Shown here one piece after another: positions 1 through 11,446 of a DNA stretch of 64,000 nt (within the stretch, counting starts at the first letter, position 1; each line of letters begins with the position of its first letter). The notes under the pieces were generated by a model, which saw nothing but the letters and a program-made list of their open reading frames with translations, searched no databases and was not told where the DNA came from. The DNA is taken from the NCBI GenBank assembly GCA_030390025.1, contig CM059432.1, forward strand, positions 43,464,001-43,528,000, written 5' to 3'. The stretch comes from Squalus acanthias (Eukaryota). Made by a program: the position numbers and the translations under genes.

Positions 1-29
1 GCAGTGGCGCAAAACGGACGGTATCGAAT

Positions 30-115
30 CGGTCGCCCGATGTAGCAGCGCCTGATACTCCAGTTCCATTGCAGTCACTGGTACTGAATATCGGGCGCTG
101 TGTATAACGGGCAGG
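30..115. mobile_element. Degenerate palindromic MITE-like fragment
   Basis: Imperfect inverted repeat cagcgcctgata...tatcgggcgctg around a central ttccattgcagtcactgg. Confidence 0.45.
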
Positions 116-458
116 CCCAAGACACATTTCTAGGCTGATGTGTCTAGGAATGTTGATGGAGGAGTCTGGGATGTTGGCTAATAGAAATAACTGAGTGCAG
201 CTATGTCAGTCTGTTGCAGGACTAATTTTTGAGACAGTTCTTGCAATCTGGGCACCAATCATCAGTTGTTGTTGAGAATTTTGCAGGGTCACCTGGGCTG
301 GAATTACTTGACTCTGATCCGATGCCTGGTCACTGCCAAAAGGACAATCCAATATTTCTCATTGTTCTGTTTTATATTGGTTGTTTTCGAACTGTGGCTT
401 GTTAGGCCACCTCAGAGAGCATTAAGAGTCAACCACAATTTGTCAGACTCTTGCCTCC

Positions 459-495
459 ATATATATATATATATATACATATAAATATATATATA
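459..495. repeat. (TA)n microsatellite
   Basis: atatatatat... with two interruptions. Confidence 0.9.
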
Positions 496-518
496 CTTGT
501 TTTGTGCTTTTTTTTGTT

Positions 519-574
519 TGTCTAGGACTAACAAGTCATTACTGAACTCAGTATTGACTTGTTAGTTCTAGACA
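519..574. repeat. Near-perfect 27-bp inverted repeat (hairpin)
   Basis: tgtctaggactaacaagtcattactga-ac-tcagtattgacttgttagttctagaca; 25/27 complementary. Confidence 0.85.
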
Positions 575-1319
575 GGAATAATTAAAAAAAAAATCTAAGT
601 GGATCTTTAATTTATTACAAACTACCAAGGATCACACTATCTTCCTTTTGCATGGTAAATCTTTGATTTTGTATATTTCAAATAAACTTGTGCTGAGCTA
701 GTTAGCTCCATAATAATGGACTGATCAGCATTGAAATGTATGATACTTGTGTCTCCTGTTTGCTAATCAGATTGGTGCTGCATACAGCTTCCTACCAGTG
801 CCGTCGCCATGACAACCACCTTGGTTGTTCCAGGTCTGGTAGAACACTTGCTTTCGTGCTGCATATTACTACTGGGGCAACACTGCGTCTTTTCATGTGC
901 ATATGGCTGCAGAGCTCCAGTGTGGAATTGCAGCCAAATGCAATCTATGCTTTACAACATGATGCTACAGCAGTGGTGGGCAAAATACAGCCCATGGGCC
1001 ATATCTGGTCCACCAAGTCATTCTATCCAGCCCACTGGACGGGACAGAAATAGAACGCAAGCCGGAGCTCGAGCTACACATTAGTCACTTCCACTTCTCA
1101 TGGGTCAGAGACGGACCCGAACTGTAGCCAGGAAACACACCGTAATAATTCAATTTATCAATTCGCAAAAGCGATTCTCCCCAGCCTGATCTTCAAGGGA
1201 TCCGTTCCGCTTCTGGGCCCCAATGGCAGATGTCCATACCCTGAATGCACTGCGTACTCGAACATACCCTATCATTTTAGAGTCGCGTCATGGCTGCTCA
1301 TCTCCATCTCTCCTTTATC

Positions 1320-1430
1320 AAAGAGACTGGCACTGTATCTTTCCTCTCCCTGTACTCCGAGTATGAAGGCAGGGGGGTTCTCATCGCCGTCTTAGACACT
1401 GGAGTGGATCCCGGAGCTCAAGAACTCCAG
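1320..1430 (+). pseudogene. TPP2: Fragment of tripeptidyl-peptidase II 5' coding region ([37 protein letters not shown])
   Basis: Matches the recalled TPP2 N-terminus [37 protein letters not shown], including the subtilase catalytic Asp motif LDTG; no further TPP2 sequence seen. Confidence 0.85.
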
Positions 1431-1682
1431 ATAATGGCACGCGATTATAGATACTGCGCATGCCTCACTGCTTATAGAGCAGCGTGTTTAGTCTGCCACC
1501 AGTTTTGTGGTCAATATTGTTTCTGTCATAATGGAGGGCTCTTCATTTCAACCTTGCTGTTGCAGGGGAACCATGATGTGGGCTTATTTCTGCTCACTGG
1601 GTCAGTGTTTATGCTAATTGGAACTTCTGTTGCGTCTGGACTGTGCTGAGGCTGATAAAGGGTTTTGCACACTGTATCACTT

Positions 1683-2468
1683 AGAATCATAGAATGGTTA
1701 CAGCACAGAAGAAGGCCATTCGGCCCTTCGAGCCCGTGCCAACTCTATGCAAGAGCACTTCAGCTAGTCCCACTCCCCGGCCCTTTCCCCATAGCCCTGC
1801 AATTTTTTTCCTTCAGGTACTTATCCAATTTGCTTTTGAAAGCCACGATTGAGTCTGCCTCCATCACCCTTGCATTCCAGATCCTAACACTTGCTGTGTA
1901 AAAAAGCTTTTCCTCATGTCGCCTTTGGTTCTTTTGCCAGTCACCTTAAATCTGTGTCCTCTGGTTTTCGACCCTTCCGCCAATAGGAACAGTTTCTCTC
2001 TATCTACTCTGTCTAGACTCCTCATGATTTTGAACACTTCCATCAAATCTCCTCTCAAAGTTCTCTGCTTTAAGGAGAATAACCCCAGCTTCTCCAGTCT
2101 ATCCACGTAACTGAAGTCCCTCATCCCTGGAACCATTCTTGCAAATCTTTTCTGCATCCTCTCTAAGGCCTTCACATCCTTCCTAAAGTGCAGTGCCCAG
2201 AATTGGACACAATACTCCAGTTGAGGTCGGACCAGTGTTTTATAAAGGTTCTTCATAACTTCCTTGCTTTTGTACTCTATGCCTCTATTTATGAAGCCCA
2301 GGATCCCATATGCTTTTTAACCGCTTTCTCAGCCTTCCCTGCCACTTTCAACGATTTGTGCACATATACCCCCAGGTCTCTCTGTTCATGCACCCCCTTT
2401 AGAATTGTACCCTTTAGTTTTTATTACCTCTCCTCGTTCTTCCTACTGAAATGTATCACTTCGCACTT
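1683..2468 (-). mobile_element. CR1 LINE 3' fragment nested in the hAT element
   Basis: ORF 1864-2256 LYKTLVRPQLEYCVQFW...LRGDL...TRGH is CR1 ORF2 C-terminus; typical 3' tail. Confidence 0.9.
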
Positions 2469-2648
2469 CGAGAATAGCCTCGTACAGAGGTATCCTTGAA
2501 ATCAGATAGCAAAATAAGGAACAATGGATACCTGCATGGGGTACTGGAAATAACATAGCAAACAGCCAGCTGCACAGTCAGATATGTAACCCCTGTATGT
2601 TTTCAAAGACAGTGCAAATGTAGCTGGTTGGTTTCAAAAGCTCTTACT

Positions 2649-2859
2649 CAGGGGTGGCCAATTATTTGGGCTGGAGGGGCACTTAACAATACTGCACGCG
2701 CAGTATCTCTTCCAGCTGCAGGAGCTGGTGAGAGGCTTGTGCGGGACCTCATGATTGGTGTGCGGCCGCGCACCTTAGGGGGAACTTTGGTGTGCGGCCC
2801 TCAACAGCTCGCCAAAACTTGTTAAGTGGCCCTCCAGCCCAAATAATTGCCCACCCCTG
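2649..2859. mobile_element. hAT MITE-like module with 40-bp inverted repeats forming the right end of the 971-2859 element
   Basis: 2649-2688 vs 2820-2859 match as reverse complements at 38/40. Confidence 0.85.
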
Positions 2860-3070
2860 TGCTACAGCAATCCATGCTGACTAGCATCCCATCACGATGA
2901 AAAGAGCCTGTGCAAAAATGCAGCTTCCAAGGGCAGCAAATAACTCATTGTGTTGTCAGGCCACTTTTGTTATTTGCTTATTCATTCATCTGTAAGGTCA
3001 GCGGGGTCTAGCAGTTCTCCCTATGTGGCTGCGCTGACTGATATTGTTTTGTGTGTCATTCTTCTTGCAG

Positions 3071-3252
3071 GCCAACCTGCCCCTGCTGCAGAGGGAGCTA
3101 CTTCACTGCGCGCGCTTGGCCAAGCAGAACCCGGCACAGTACCTCGCACAGCATGAGCAGCTGCTGCTGGATGCCAGCACCACCTCACCCGTCGACTCCT
3201 CCGAGCTGCTGCTTGATGTTAATGAAAATGGGAAAAGGCGAACTCCAGACAG
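3071..3252 (+). CDS. RUNX1T1: RUNX1T1 (ETO/MTG8) internal coding exon, end of NHR1/TAFH region ([25 protein letters not shown]...KRRTPD)
   Basis: Acceptor ttcttgcag| and donor AG|gtgaga; peptide matches the ETO family as recalled; 182 nt with phase 2 fits the next exon. Confidence 0.95.
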
Positions 3253-3859
3253 GTGAGACAAATGGCAGCAATTTATCAACAGAATGGTTTCTTTTAGAAC
3301 CGAAATGTATCTGCGCAGATGCATCATGGGGGCAAAAAAGCATGCGAATGAATGCTGACTTGTGCTTTTTCTTCCTTAAATTGCAACAGCTTGTTGTCAA
3401 CTGTGGAAATTAATTCTGAGTCAGGAAGCTTTTTTTTCCTTTCTTCTTTGTTGAGTTAATTAATGAACCCGTGGTACTGTGTTTAATCCTATCTCTAATC
3501 TTTTTATGATGGCAAGAGATGAGTAACTAGGAAAATGCTGGTTTAAGGGAAACAACTGACAGTTTTGCTGCTTCTCTTCCTGCATATGGTCAGCTATGGA
3601 TGAGTAGCTACAGCGAGGTTCTGAGTCCATTAAAATAGCTCATTAAAAAGATCAATCTGTTTCTGTTTCTGCACTATCCTAGGGATGCATCAGTCATTGT
3701 ACCTAACAAAATTTGACATTGGTATATAAGAGTAAATATGGTATCTACTTGAAATAGAATTTGGCAATATTGGAGTTAGGAGAGCTCCATGCTAATAAAG
3801 GAATGCTTTGTAAGCTTCTTGTCTTGGATTTATATTTGATCACCTTGCCTATTTTGCAG

Positions 3860-4110
3860 AACCAAAGAGAATGGCTACGATCGTGAGCCTTTGCACTCAG
3901 AGCATCCCAGCAAGCGGCCCTGCACTATAAGCCCCAGCCAACGGTTTAGTCCAAATAATGGGTTATCCTACCAGCCCAACGGCCTGCCTCACCCAACACC
4001 ACCCCCACCTCAGCACTACCGTCTGGATGATATGGCCATGGCTCACCTCTACAGGGATTCATACAGACATCCCAACCACAGGGACCTCAGGGACAGGAAT
4101 AGACCTCTCG
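3860..4110 (+). CDS. RUNX1T1: RUNX1T1 coding exon ([26 protein letters not shown]...RDRNRPL)
   Basis: attttgcag| ... CTCG|gtgagt; 251 nt; near-identical to human RUNX1T1 peptide as recalled. Confidence 0.95.
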
Positions 4111-4480
4111 GTGAGTATCAGTAGTGGGTCTTTGTCACCGCATGCAAAAACTTATAAAATAACCGTTCCATTTTCTTGATTTATTGTCAGCTGAACTGCC
4201 AAAGGCACGATAATGTACTAGATATCTAAAAGGATGAGTCGTGTTGGGATGATATATGTTTATTATTACTAGTGAACATTGCAAGTGCAATGGGCCAAGG
4301 CTTGCCTATAGACATTTGTGGTAAACTGGTGTGTTTGCTGAAGGATGGATGTGTCACTTTTATGTCAGTGATGAGAATTGCAGGGATGGTGGTGAGTTAC
4401 TTGATGGATAATATAAAAAAATGGCATGTTTTCCAGCAGAATAGCTTTGGAAGTCTGAAATTATTTTCCACTGTTGGCAG

Positions 4481-4566
4481 GGATGCATGGCACCCGTCAA
4501 GAAGAAGTGATTGATCATAGACTAACGGATAGGGAATGGGCAGAGGAGTGGAAGCACCTTGATCAT
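4481..4566 (+). CDS. RUNX1T1: RUNX1T1 coding exon, start of NHR2 ([29 protein letters not shown])
   Basis: ctgttggcag| ... GATCAT|gtaaga; 86 nt; translated manually, this frame is not in the ORF track. Confidence 0.95.
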
Positions 4567-5011
4567 GTAAGAAAATAAATCAATTTACTGAAAAGCTAAC
4601 CTGAAGGGAAACAACTGCAATTTTATATTTACACTAACAGATATTTTGTGTGTTTGTTCTTTAAAGTCTGAATGATTAATAATATAATTTAGTGCTATTT
4701 ATGCTTTAGAGCTGAATACTGGAAATTTGTGTCCTGTGTAAATGCTAACATTATGTAAATATGCAACATTTTTTTTAAAATTAATTTTTCATTTTCTGAT
4801 TACTAAAGGATGCATCTCTTTATCATAATTGCACTTTAAAAGTATTTAAATCTATTAAAGCTTGACTGAATGTTAGCTTCCAAGTTTGGAACAGTAATGG
4901 TATGATTAACATTTAGTAACTGTTTATGTTGTTCTGATGTAACTTTATTATATGTAGAAGTATGTGATCAGTTTTAGTGGCTCACTGATGTACCTTGCTG
5001 TGTTGTTTCAG

Positions 5012-5210
5012 CTTTTAAACTGTATCATGGACATGGTAGAGAAGACGAGGCGGTCACTAACGGTCCTTCGGCGCTGTCAGGAAGCTGACCGTGAGGAGCT
5101 TAATTACTGGATTAGGCGATACAGTGATGCGGAGGATATTAAAAAAGGTAGCGGCAGCAGCAGCCATTCCAGACAACAGAGTCCTGTGAATACAGATCCT
5201 GCCCAACTAG
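5012..5210 (+). CDS. RUNX1T1: RUNX1T1 coding exon, NHR2 oligomerisation domain ([39 protein letters not shown]...)
   Basis: tgtttcag| ... CTAG|gtaaca; 199 nt. Confidence 0.95.
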
Positions 5211-5889
5211 GTAACAGTCATTAGGTACCATAACCTACTCTTTAATGTGGCGCAGTAAAGCTTATAATGCTACCGTTACACTGTAAATCTGGGGCTGACT
5301 TCACATCAATATAAATTCAGCACTAACACTTCTAAACCCATAACCGGTACACCTAAACTGCCTCATCCATCTAAGTGGGTGATCTGACACTATTGTTGCT
5401 TTGTGCTAGCTCCAGAAAACAGCTGAAGCTGTCATTGGACTTCAGAAATCCAACCTCTTGCCCCCCCACCCCCCACCCCCCGCATACCCCTAGGCTGATC
5501 GACATGTGTCAGTTGACCGATTAAAGCGTTTGCAGTCAGATGAAGCAGCCGTACACACTGGGTCCTCCAGTTCCCTCTGAACCTGACGACAGATGGACAT
5601 GATCAGTGCTGGTCAGGGAAACAGAAAAATACAGGAAGCTATTGCTATGAGTTAGTGTAACTATGTGGGCATGAGTGAGTCGGTGCCGTTGAATGTGCCT
5701 CATTCTTACAGGTGCCCTGAGATATGACAATGGAATGAAATAGTTTATTGGTTGCCATGTGCCACTCTCTCATTTGCCCTGGGAAGTTCCCAACACTGCA
5801 CACAGTGTTGAAGGGAGTCATCTACTGAAAAAACATTTATGAAGTTACCCAGAAATGGCTTTGTTCACAGTACTTTTTTTCTTTTCTAG

Positions 5890-5955
5890 ATTCCCATCGG
5901 GAGTTCCTTCACAGGCCATCTGGCCATCTGCCGGAGGAAATATGGAAAAAAGCTG
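5890..5955 (+). CDS. RUNX1T1: RUNX1T1 short coding exon (DSHREFLHRPSGHLPEEIWKKA)
   Basis: Polypyrimidine tract + ttttctag| ... GCTG|gtaaat; 66 nt, phase 1-1; found by manual reading. Confidence 0.93.
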
Positions 5956-5992
5956 GTAAATGCTATTACGGGAAGGAGGGTGGGGGCAGAGG

Positions 5993-6012
5993 GTGTGTGT
6001 GTGTGTGTGTGT
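5993..6012. repeat. (GT)n microsatellite
   Basis: gtgtgtgt run just 3' of the 66-nt exon. Confidence 0.85.
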
Positions 6013-9000
6013 ATGTATCTCAATAACTGTTACAGTATGGTGAATTATCATTAATCTCCACATTAAATAAAAATCACCTGGGACATTACCTCTTTAAGGA
6101 AAGCCATGGTTTGAGTGATCATAAGAGACAGTTATAATTCTAAAAAAAAAATGGGAGATTGTCTGTTTTTCTCTTGGTAGCAAAATTATGGGAACTTGTG
6201 GTTCTGAAACCTGATTTCTGAAAATTCAGTTTCATGAACCGTTATTGATCAAGGAGTAAAATGAGCATTTTGTTGTTTTGTATTGTATCCCCATGATCTT
6301 CCCCACATTGCACTGCACAAATGACTCTACTTTAGGCCATGTCTTCAGTTTGTTTTCTCATCAGCAGCAGTTAATGTCTTTGATATCTGCCACACTGGCA
6401 AGAAATTTGACTCACTGTTTTATCAACTAACTGTAATATAAACAGTCTTAAACACAAACCTAGGTGCTGGGCTCAAAGAGGAAGTTTTGTCAGTTTGTTT
6501 GAGCTGCTTGAGTTTAATTAGTAATTTTAGTCTGGAAAGTGTGCTTTCTTTTATCAGCACCATCTTCAATTGCAATCTATTAAAATTGGACTGATCCTAG
6601 TTCACTACTCTGTGACGGCCCACTCCTGGCATTAAAACTTGCCAAAGATGCTGTCCAGCAATTGACTCCAATGATACCTGCCTCTGTGATTGTCCATTGT
6701 CACAGATCTATCCCCAAATGTGCAGCCTGTTTCTAATTTGGCAATAGTGACCAACTCACCTGCTGGAAGGCAATCATCGGCACCCAGGATGTTAAAGATT
6801 GTGTCATCGTGGTGCAGAGACCCCTTAGCCTAAAGGTGGTCTATCGCTAGGTGCCATAGGAAATCGATTATTAATAGGGAGCCTTTGGAAAACGTCTTTA
6901 AAGAAGCACTGGCCAAGTCCCATCCTGTTTCAGCTCATTGGCTAGGGGAGAGGTTGAGTGGCGGTGTCTCCACATTCCATGCAACTTAATTCATCATTGG
7001 TCACAGATTGGCCCTTCCCTTGAGTTCATTCAATAGTCTGGTATCCACAAAACGTGACTCAATAAACGAGGGGCAGCTACCCTATTATTATGTGTATTCC
7101 CTTCTGCAATTCTGTGGAGTGTTTTTCTTGACTGTCTTAAGGGTGCATGGCTAGGACCCTAATGAGCAAGGAGGAGCAGAACATGCTATTTGCTAGAGCC
7201 TTTAAAAGGATATCACCCAGAGAGGAAAACTTATTACATTGTGGTGCCCCAAAATATGGGAGGCTTTCTGCTAATCCTGTATCTGTGTCCTGGAGGAAAG
7301 GATCATTTAGATGGTTTGGTTGTCAGATAAACTAACTGCTGGTGGCCCAAGCAATGCATACTAACACACCCGAATAAGGGAAATCCACAGGAAGTACCTT
7401 GGGTTCAACATTGGCAGAGTTCATCAGCCATACAGATGATTACTATTAAGCCTAACATTGATCTAAGGTTATTACCAAGCGTCTGTCTCATGGCAGTAGC
7501 CTCCCTGAAACAGTAGTGGTTTCACATTTACATCTATCTGGTTTCTTATGGCAGGCTCATCAAAGATGGTCGATGTAACAATTCAACAGCCTCTGACACT
7601 GCTGGAGTGACTGGAATTTATAATTACTGGATCTAATGCCCACTTCGCCTCGACATAGGCCATGCTCTCGATAAATGCTCAGTTTCACATGAGTGAGGGC
7701 AGCAGCTGCATTCTGCCAGATAGGTTTGTCACCATACACCCTAAATGCTTCCAAATCTAGGCAAAGTATAGAATATGGGCACTGGGCTGCAAGCGGGTCC
7801 TGAATCTGACAGGAGCTGCCATCTTTCTGATTCTGCATGCAAAGCTTTTTATGCAGCATCTTCAGCAGAACCTCCTTGCACAGTGGTAGGTGCTTTCTCC
7901 CATCTGTCCTGGGACACCACAGTAGAAAGAATGTCCAATATCTGCCAGTGATAATCGTACAGCTAACAATTTCTACAAGTCCTACAGCTTTCTTTTACTG
8001 TCATGAGCTTTTGTGGCCAATGCCAGTCTGTCACAGGATGGGGTTTCACTTTAAATTACAGGAGGTTTTAGGACCCCTCTGCTATATATCTCCTGGTACA
8101 TAACAACCTTGGCTCTGGGCTGTGTAGTTGGCCCAAGGATAGTTCAGGAATACAGTCTACAGCAGGACATGGAGAGTGTAGACTGACAACATAACTGTCA
8201 ACTATTTCAACAGGCAAGATGGAATCCACTTCTGCACCTCTTCACTGATTCTGTGAAGATATGGTATTGGTGCAGTGTGAGCTCCATTTCATTGCGTGAA
8301 TTGACCCCTTTCATTGTAGTGGTCAATTTATTTATTGTCAGATAGGGTTATCTGGAACTCCCTCACAGCCTGTCCTTCATTTCTCACTATGTTCTTCTGT
8401 GGCTTGAAGCTACTTCCATTTTTTTGTTTGTTTGAATGTTCTTAAGCACAAGGGTCTTAATGCTGCTGCTTTCAGACAAAGAACTGAGGGTGCGGCCTCT
8501 AGCAGGATCTGCCATACAGTGGAGCAGGGGAAGATCATGTGATTGCCTCTTTATGAAAAGCAATGTCCCAGATGATCTTTTTCCATGTCGCAAAGGTGTA
8601 CATTTTATTCATATTTTATATAGAGCTGAACTCGAAAGAGTGAAATAAACCCTTCCAAAGGTGGGTAGGTAATTATAATTTCTCATCTTATAAGATTAAG
8701 AAACATAATATGTCATAAACTGCATATTTTAGTTTATCGCACAATAGTCTACGTCTACATTTCTCTGGCTCATTGAGTATTGTCACCATCTGGCGTGGTA
8801 CTGAGCCATTTGAGATCAGGAAGGTCCGAGGTTCAATTGTTGGTCTCTGCTAGGTCAGCTGATCACTATTTTGAACAGCTTACCAACACTTGCAAGTGAA
8901 GAATGTCCATTTTGGATTAGGTACAAGAGGGCTACCAGTGCCTGTATGAATTACTGCATTCGGCGGGGGGGTAGCAGGTGGGAGCGCAAGCACAGAGAAT

Positions 9001-10489
9001 TGAACAAGGAGAAATAAAAAGTCTGTAAACCTGGTTAATTTCATTCTGAAAATATTTATTCTGTATTCATTCTGTGACTGCAAGTAGTTTAGCTGACTGG
9101 TTTTGTGTGCTAGTGTGCCCTTTCTCATTGTACACTTTTGTGCGCGATGATGATGTCAAGGTACCCATATATTTTTTTTAGTCTGATAATTAATGTGCAT
9201 TCTTTGAACAGCCCTCATTTACAGTGTAAATCAAAAACTGGACAGTGGATTGAATTAATTTTATTTTTTTTATTTGGTGAGGCACCGAATCTTAAAGGGT
9301 CAGAGAGTGGCACATGCCTAATTTAGGTTGACATACTGATTTTTAAAAAAACGTATTGTAGCATGAGGTTTGTCTATGTATGGAATTGTTGTTCCAGTCT
9401 TTTGAAGGAAAGTTAAATGCTTATTTGTAATTTGCAGGAATTATTCAAGCACATTACTGACATCCCACCAAATCTCTTTACTGATCCCATGTGCCAGTGA
9501 GGCTCGAATGGAAATGCATAATTTTAATATAAATTGCCTGATTTGCATAGACAATTAGTCAAGCTACAGTTCTGATCGTAAGCAAAATTGTTTTCCTGTT
9601 TTGCCATTGAGCGAGAATTTCAATTCACCTTGAATATTTACAGAAAAATTGACACAGATTAGAGGATTGAAGGTGATTTTTTTAAAAACAACGTATCTGT
9701 GTATGTGCAGAATTAATCTATATTTGTAAAATGGTGCACTTTATATGCAGAAGATTACATTGAAAAATGGGCCCAAAACCCATGTGCACAATATATGCAA
9801 GTGTGCATAATGGCTACATTTTTTAATTAAAGTGTATATCAAAGTAATATTTCCATATAATATGCGCTACTTTACGAGTTTGAAAAGGACCCCAAGCCAG
9901 GGTCACATTAAATATGAGTGTGTTGCATCTGGTGAATGTTGTATGCAAAAAAAGTGTGAATTTTAATAGATATGAAAGCAACATGCCAAGCCTATCTTAA
10001 CAAAGCCAACAGTGTGGTGCAACCTACATTGAGAAGTTGTACCATAGTTGATAATCATAGGGAGTATTACATATATTCCTATATATTTTCATATCTGCTG
10101 CAGCAGGGGTGTATGTACTTATGTTAATCAAATAATTTTCACAATGCATTTTTTTCTTAAGTCAATAAAATGGCATGAAAAATTATTAAGCATATAGTGA
10201 AACACTTCCATAAAACATGACATGATCAGTTCTAATAGGGTGTTAATTTGTGCAATATTCCAGCTAATAATTAGTTCTTATTAAATATTGCATTCATCAT
10301 TGTCACTTAGCTTTTGTAAGTGAGGAAATTATAATGGATAAAAGTAATTGTGGAGGAGTGTGCTATCCTTTTGATAATTACACCAGTTAATTTTTAATGA
10401 AAGATATTTATTGAGTTACTCCTTGTTATTTTGGGCACAACGATATTGGACGGAATGTGTGAACTGATTAGGCATTTTCTGTTTTACAG

Positions 10490-10680
10490 AAGAGGCTGTG
10501 AATGAAGTGAAGCGCCAGGCAATGTCTGAGTTGCAGAAAGCTGTGTCAGAAGCAGAGAGGAAGGCCCATGACATGATTGCTACAGAGAGAGCCAAAATGG
10601 AGCGCACTGTAGCGGATGCGAAAAGACAAGCTGCTGAAGATGCACTCGCAATTATTAACCAGCAGGAGGATTCCAGTGAG
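10490..10680 (+). CDS. RUNX1T1: RUNX1T1 coding exon, NHR3 ([39 protein letters not shown]...QQEDSSE)
   Basis: gttttacag| ... GAG|gtagaa; 191 nt. Confidence 0.95.
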
Positions 10681-11316
10681 GTAGAATCTCCCGTTACTTC
10701 CAATTCTTGGTTGAGAAATCAAATTTAGTTGTGATGTGTTCTGGGTACATGGAACCAAAAAAATGCTCTCCTTCCAACACACTCCTGTCAAGTGCAGCAG
10801 GAGTGTGATGGAAGGGCTGGAAATTAGGACATGACATGAATAGACTGGGTTCTTGTCTTCCTGCCAGTTTCTCCATTTTGGAATGGAGGCGCTGACCACC
10901 ACAATCAAGGGCACCAGCATAAGATAGGGCATGGCCAGGGGTGTAGAATCCCAGGCTGGGACTTTCCTTGTCCCTGGCCTAGTGGAAGAACAATAGGCTG
11001 GTACAGCGAGTAAGCAGGCCTCTAATTAGCAGATGTGGGATCTACTTGGGGATCCAGGCCTATGGATTTTTTTTCTGATTCTTTTTCTGAATGCACTAGC
11101 TTATGCTGGGGTATGACCCCCATGAAGTTCAACCTTCCTGTACTTTTTCTATTGGCTAGTCTTCATGATTGAACCCAGACAGTAAGACTTGCCATGCTAT
11201 CATAGTAGAGCTTTAATTTATGAGGGGGGGAGGTAAGGAGGGAAGGAAGCCCAGAATGGCTAAGCTTTTTTGATAAGAATGATCCTGTGTGAAACAGCAA
11301 TGAATCAGAAATAAAA

Positions 11317-11446
11317 GGGGTGAATTTGGTCCTCTCCAGTAGTGCAACCTCGCTTCAATGGAAAATAAAATGGGTGCAATGTAAATCAGGCTGCCATTTC
11401 GCTACGAGTCTGTTTTGTGCTACTGGCGCTGACCAATTTCATCCCC
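11317..11446. mobile_element. Short Harbinger-type MITE
   Basis: TIRs ggggtgaatttggtc / gaccaatttcatcccc; AAA on both flanks (3-bp TSD). Confidence 0.6.

Larger units (their letters stand above)
971..2859. mobile_element. Non-autonomous hAT (Charlie-like) element carrying cargo (Pack-hAT-like)
   Basis: Left end cagtggtgggcaa, right end ttgcccacccctg; identical 8-bp flanks TGCTACAG at 963-970 and 2860-2867; no transposase seen. Confidence 0.8.

Noticed and set aside
1290..1649. Functional TPP2 gene
   Set aside because: Only ~37 codons match, the native N-terminus is missing, and no other TPP2 exons are seen in 64 kb
5211..5889. Equivalent of the human ETO exon 9a alternative exon
   Set aside because: No recognisable exon can be supported from sequence alone; it would need alignment or RNA-seq
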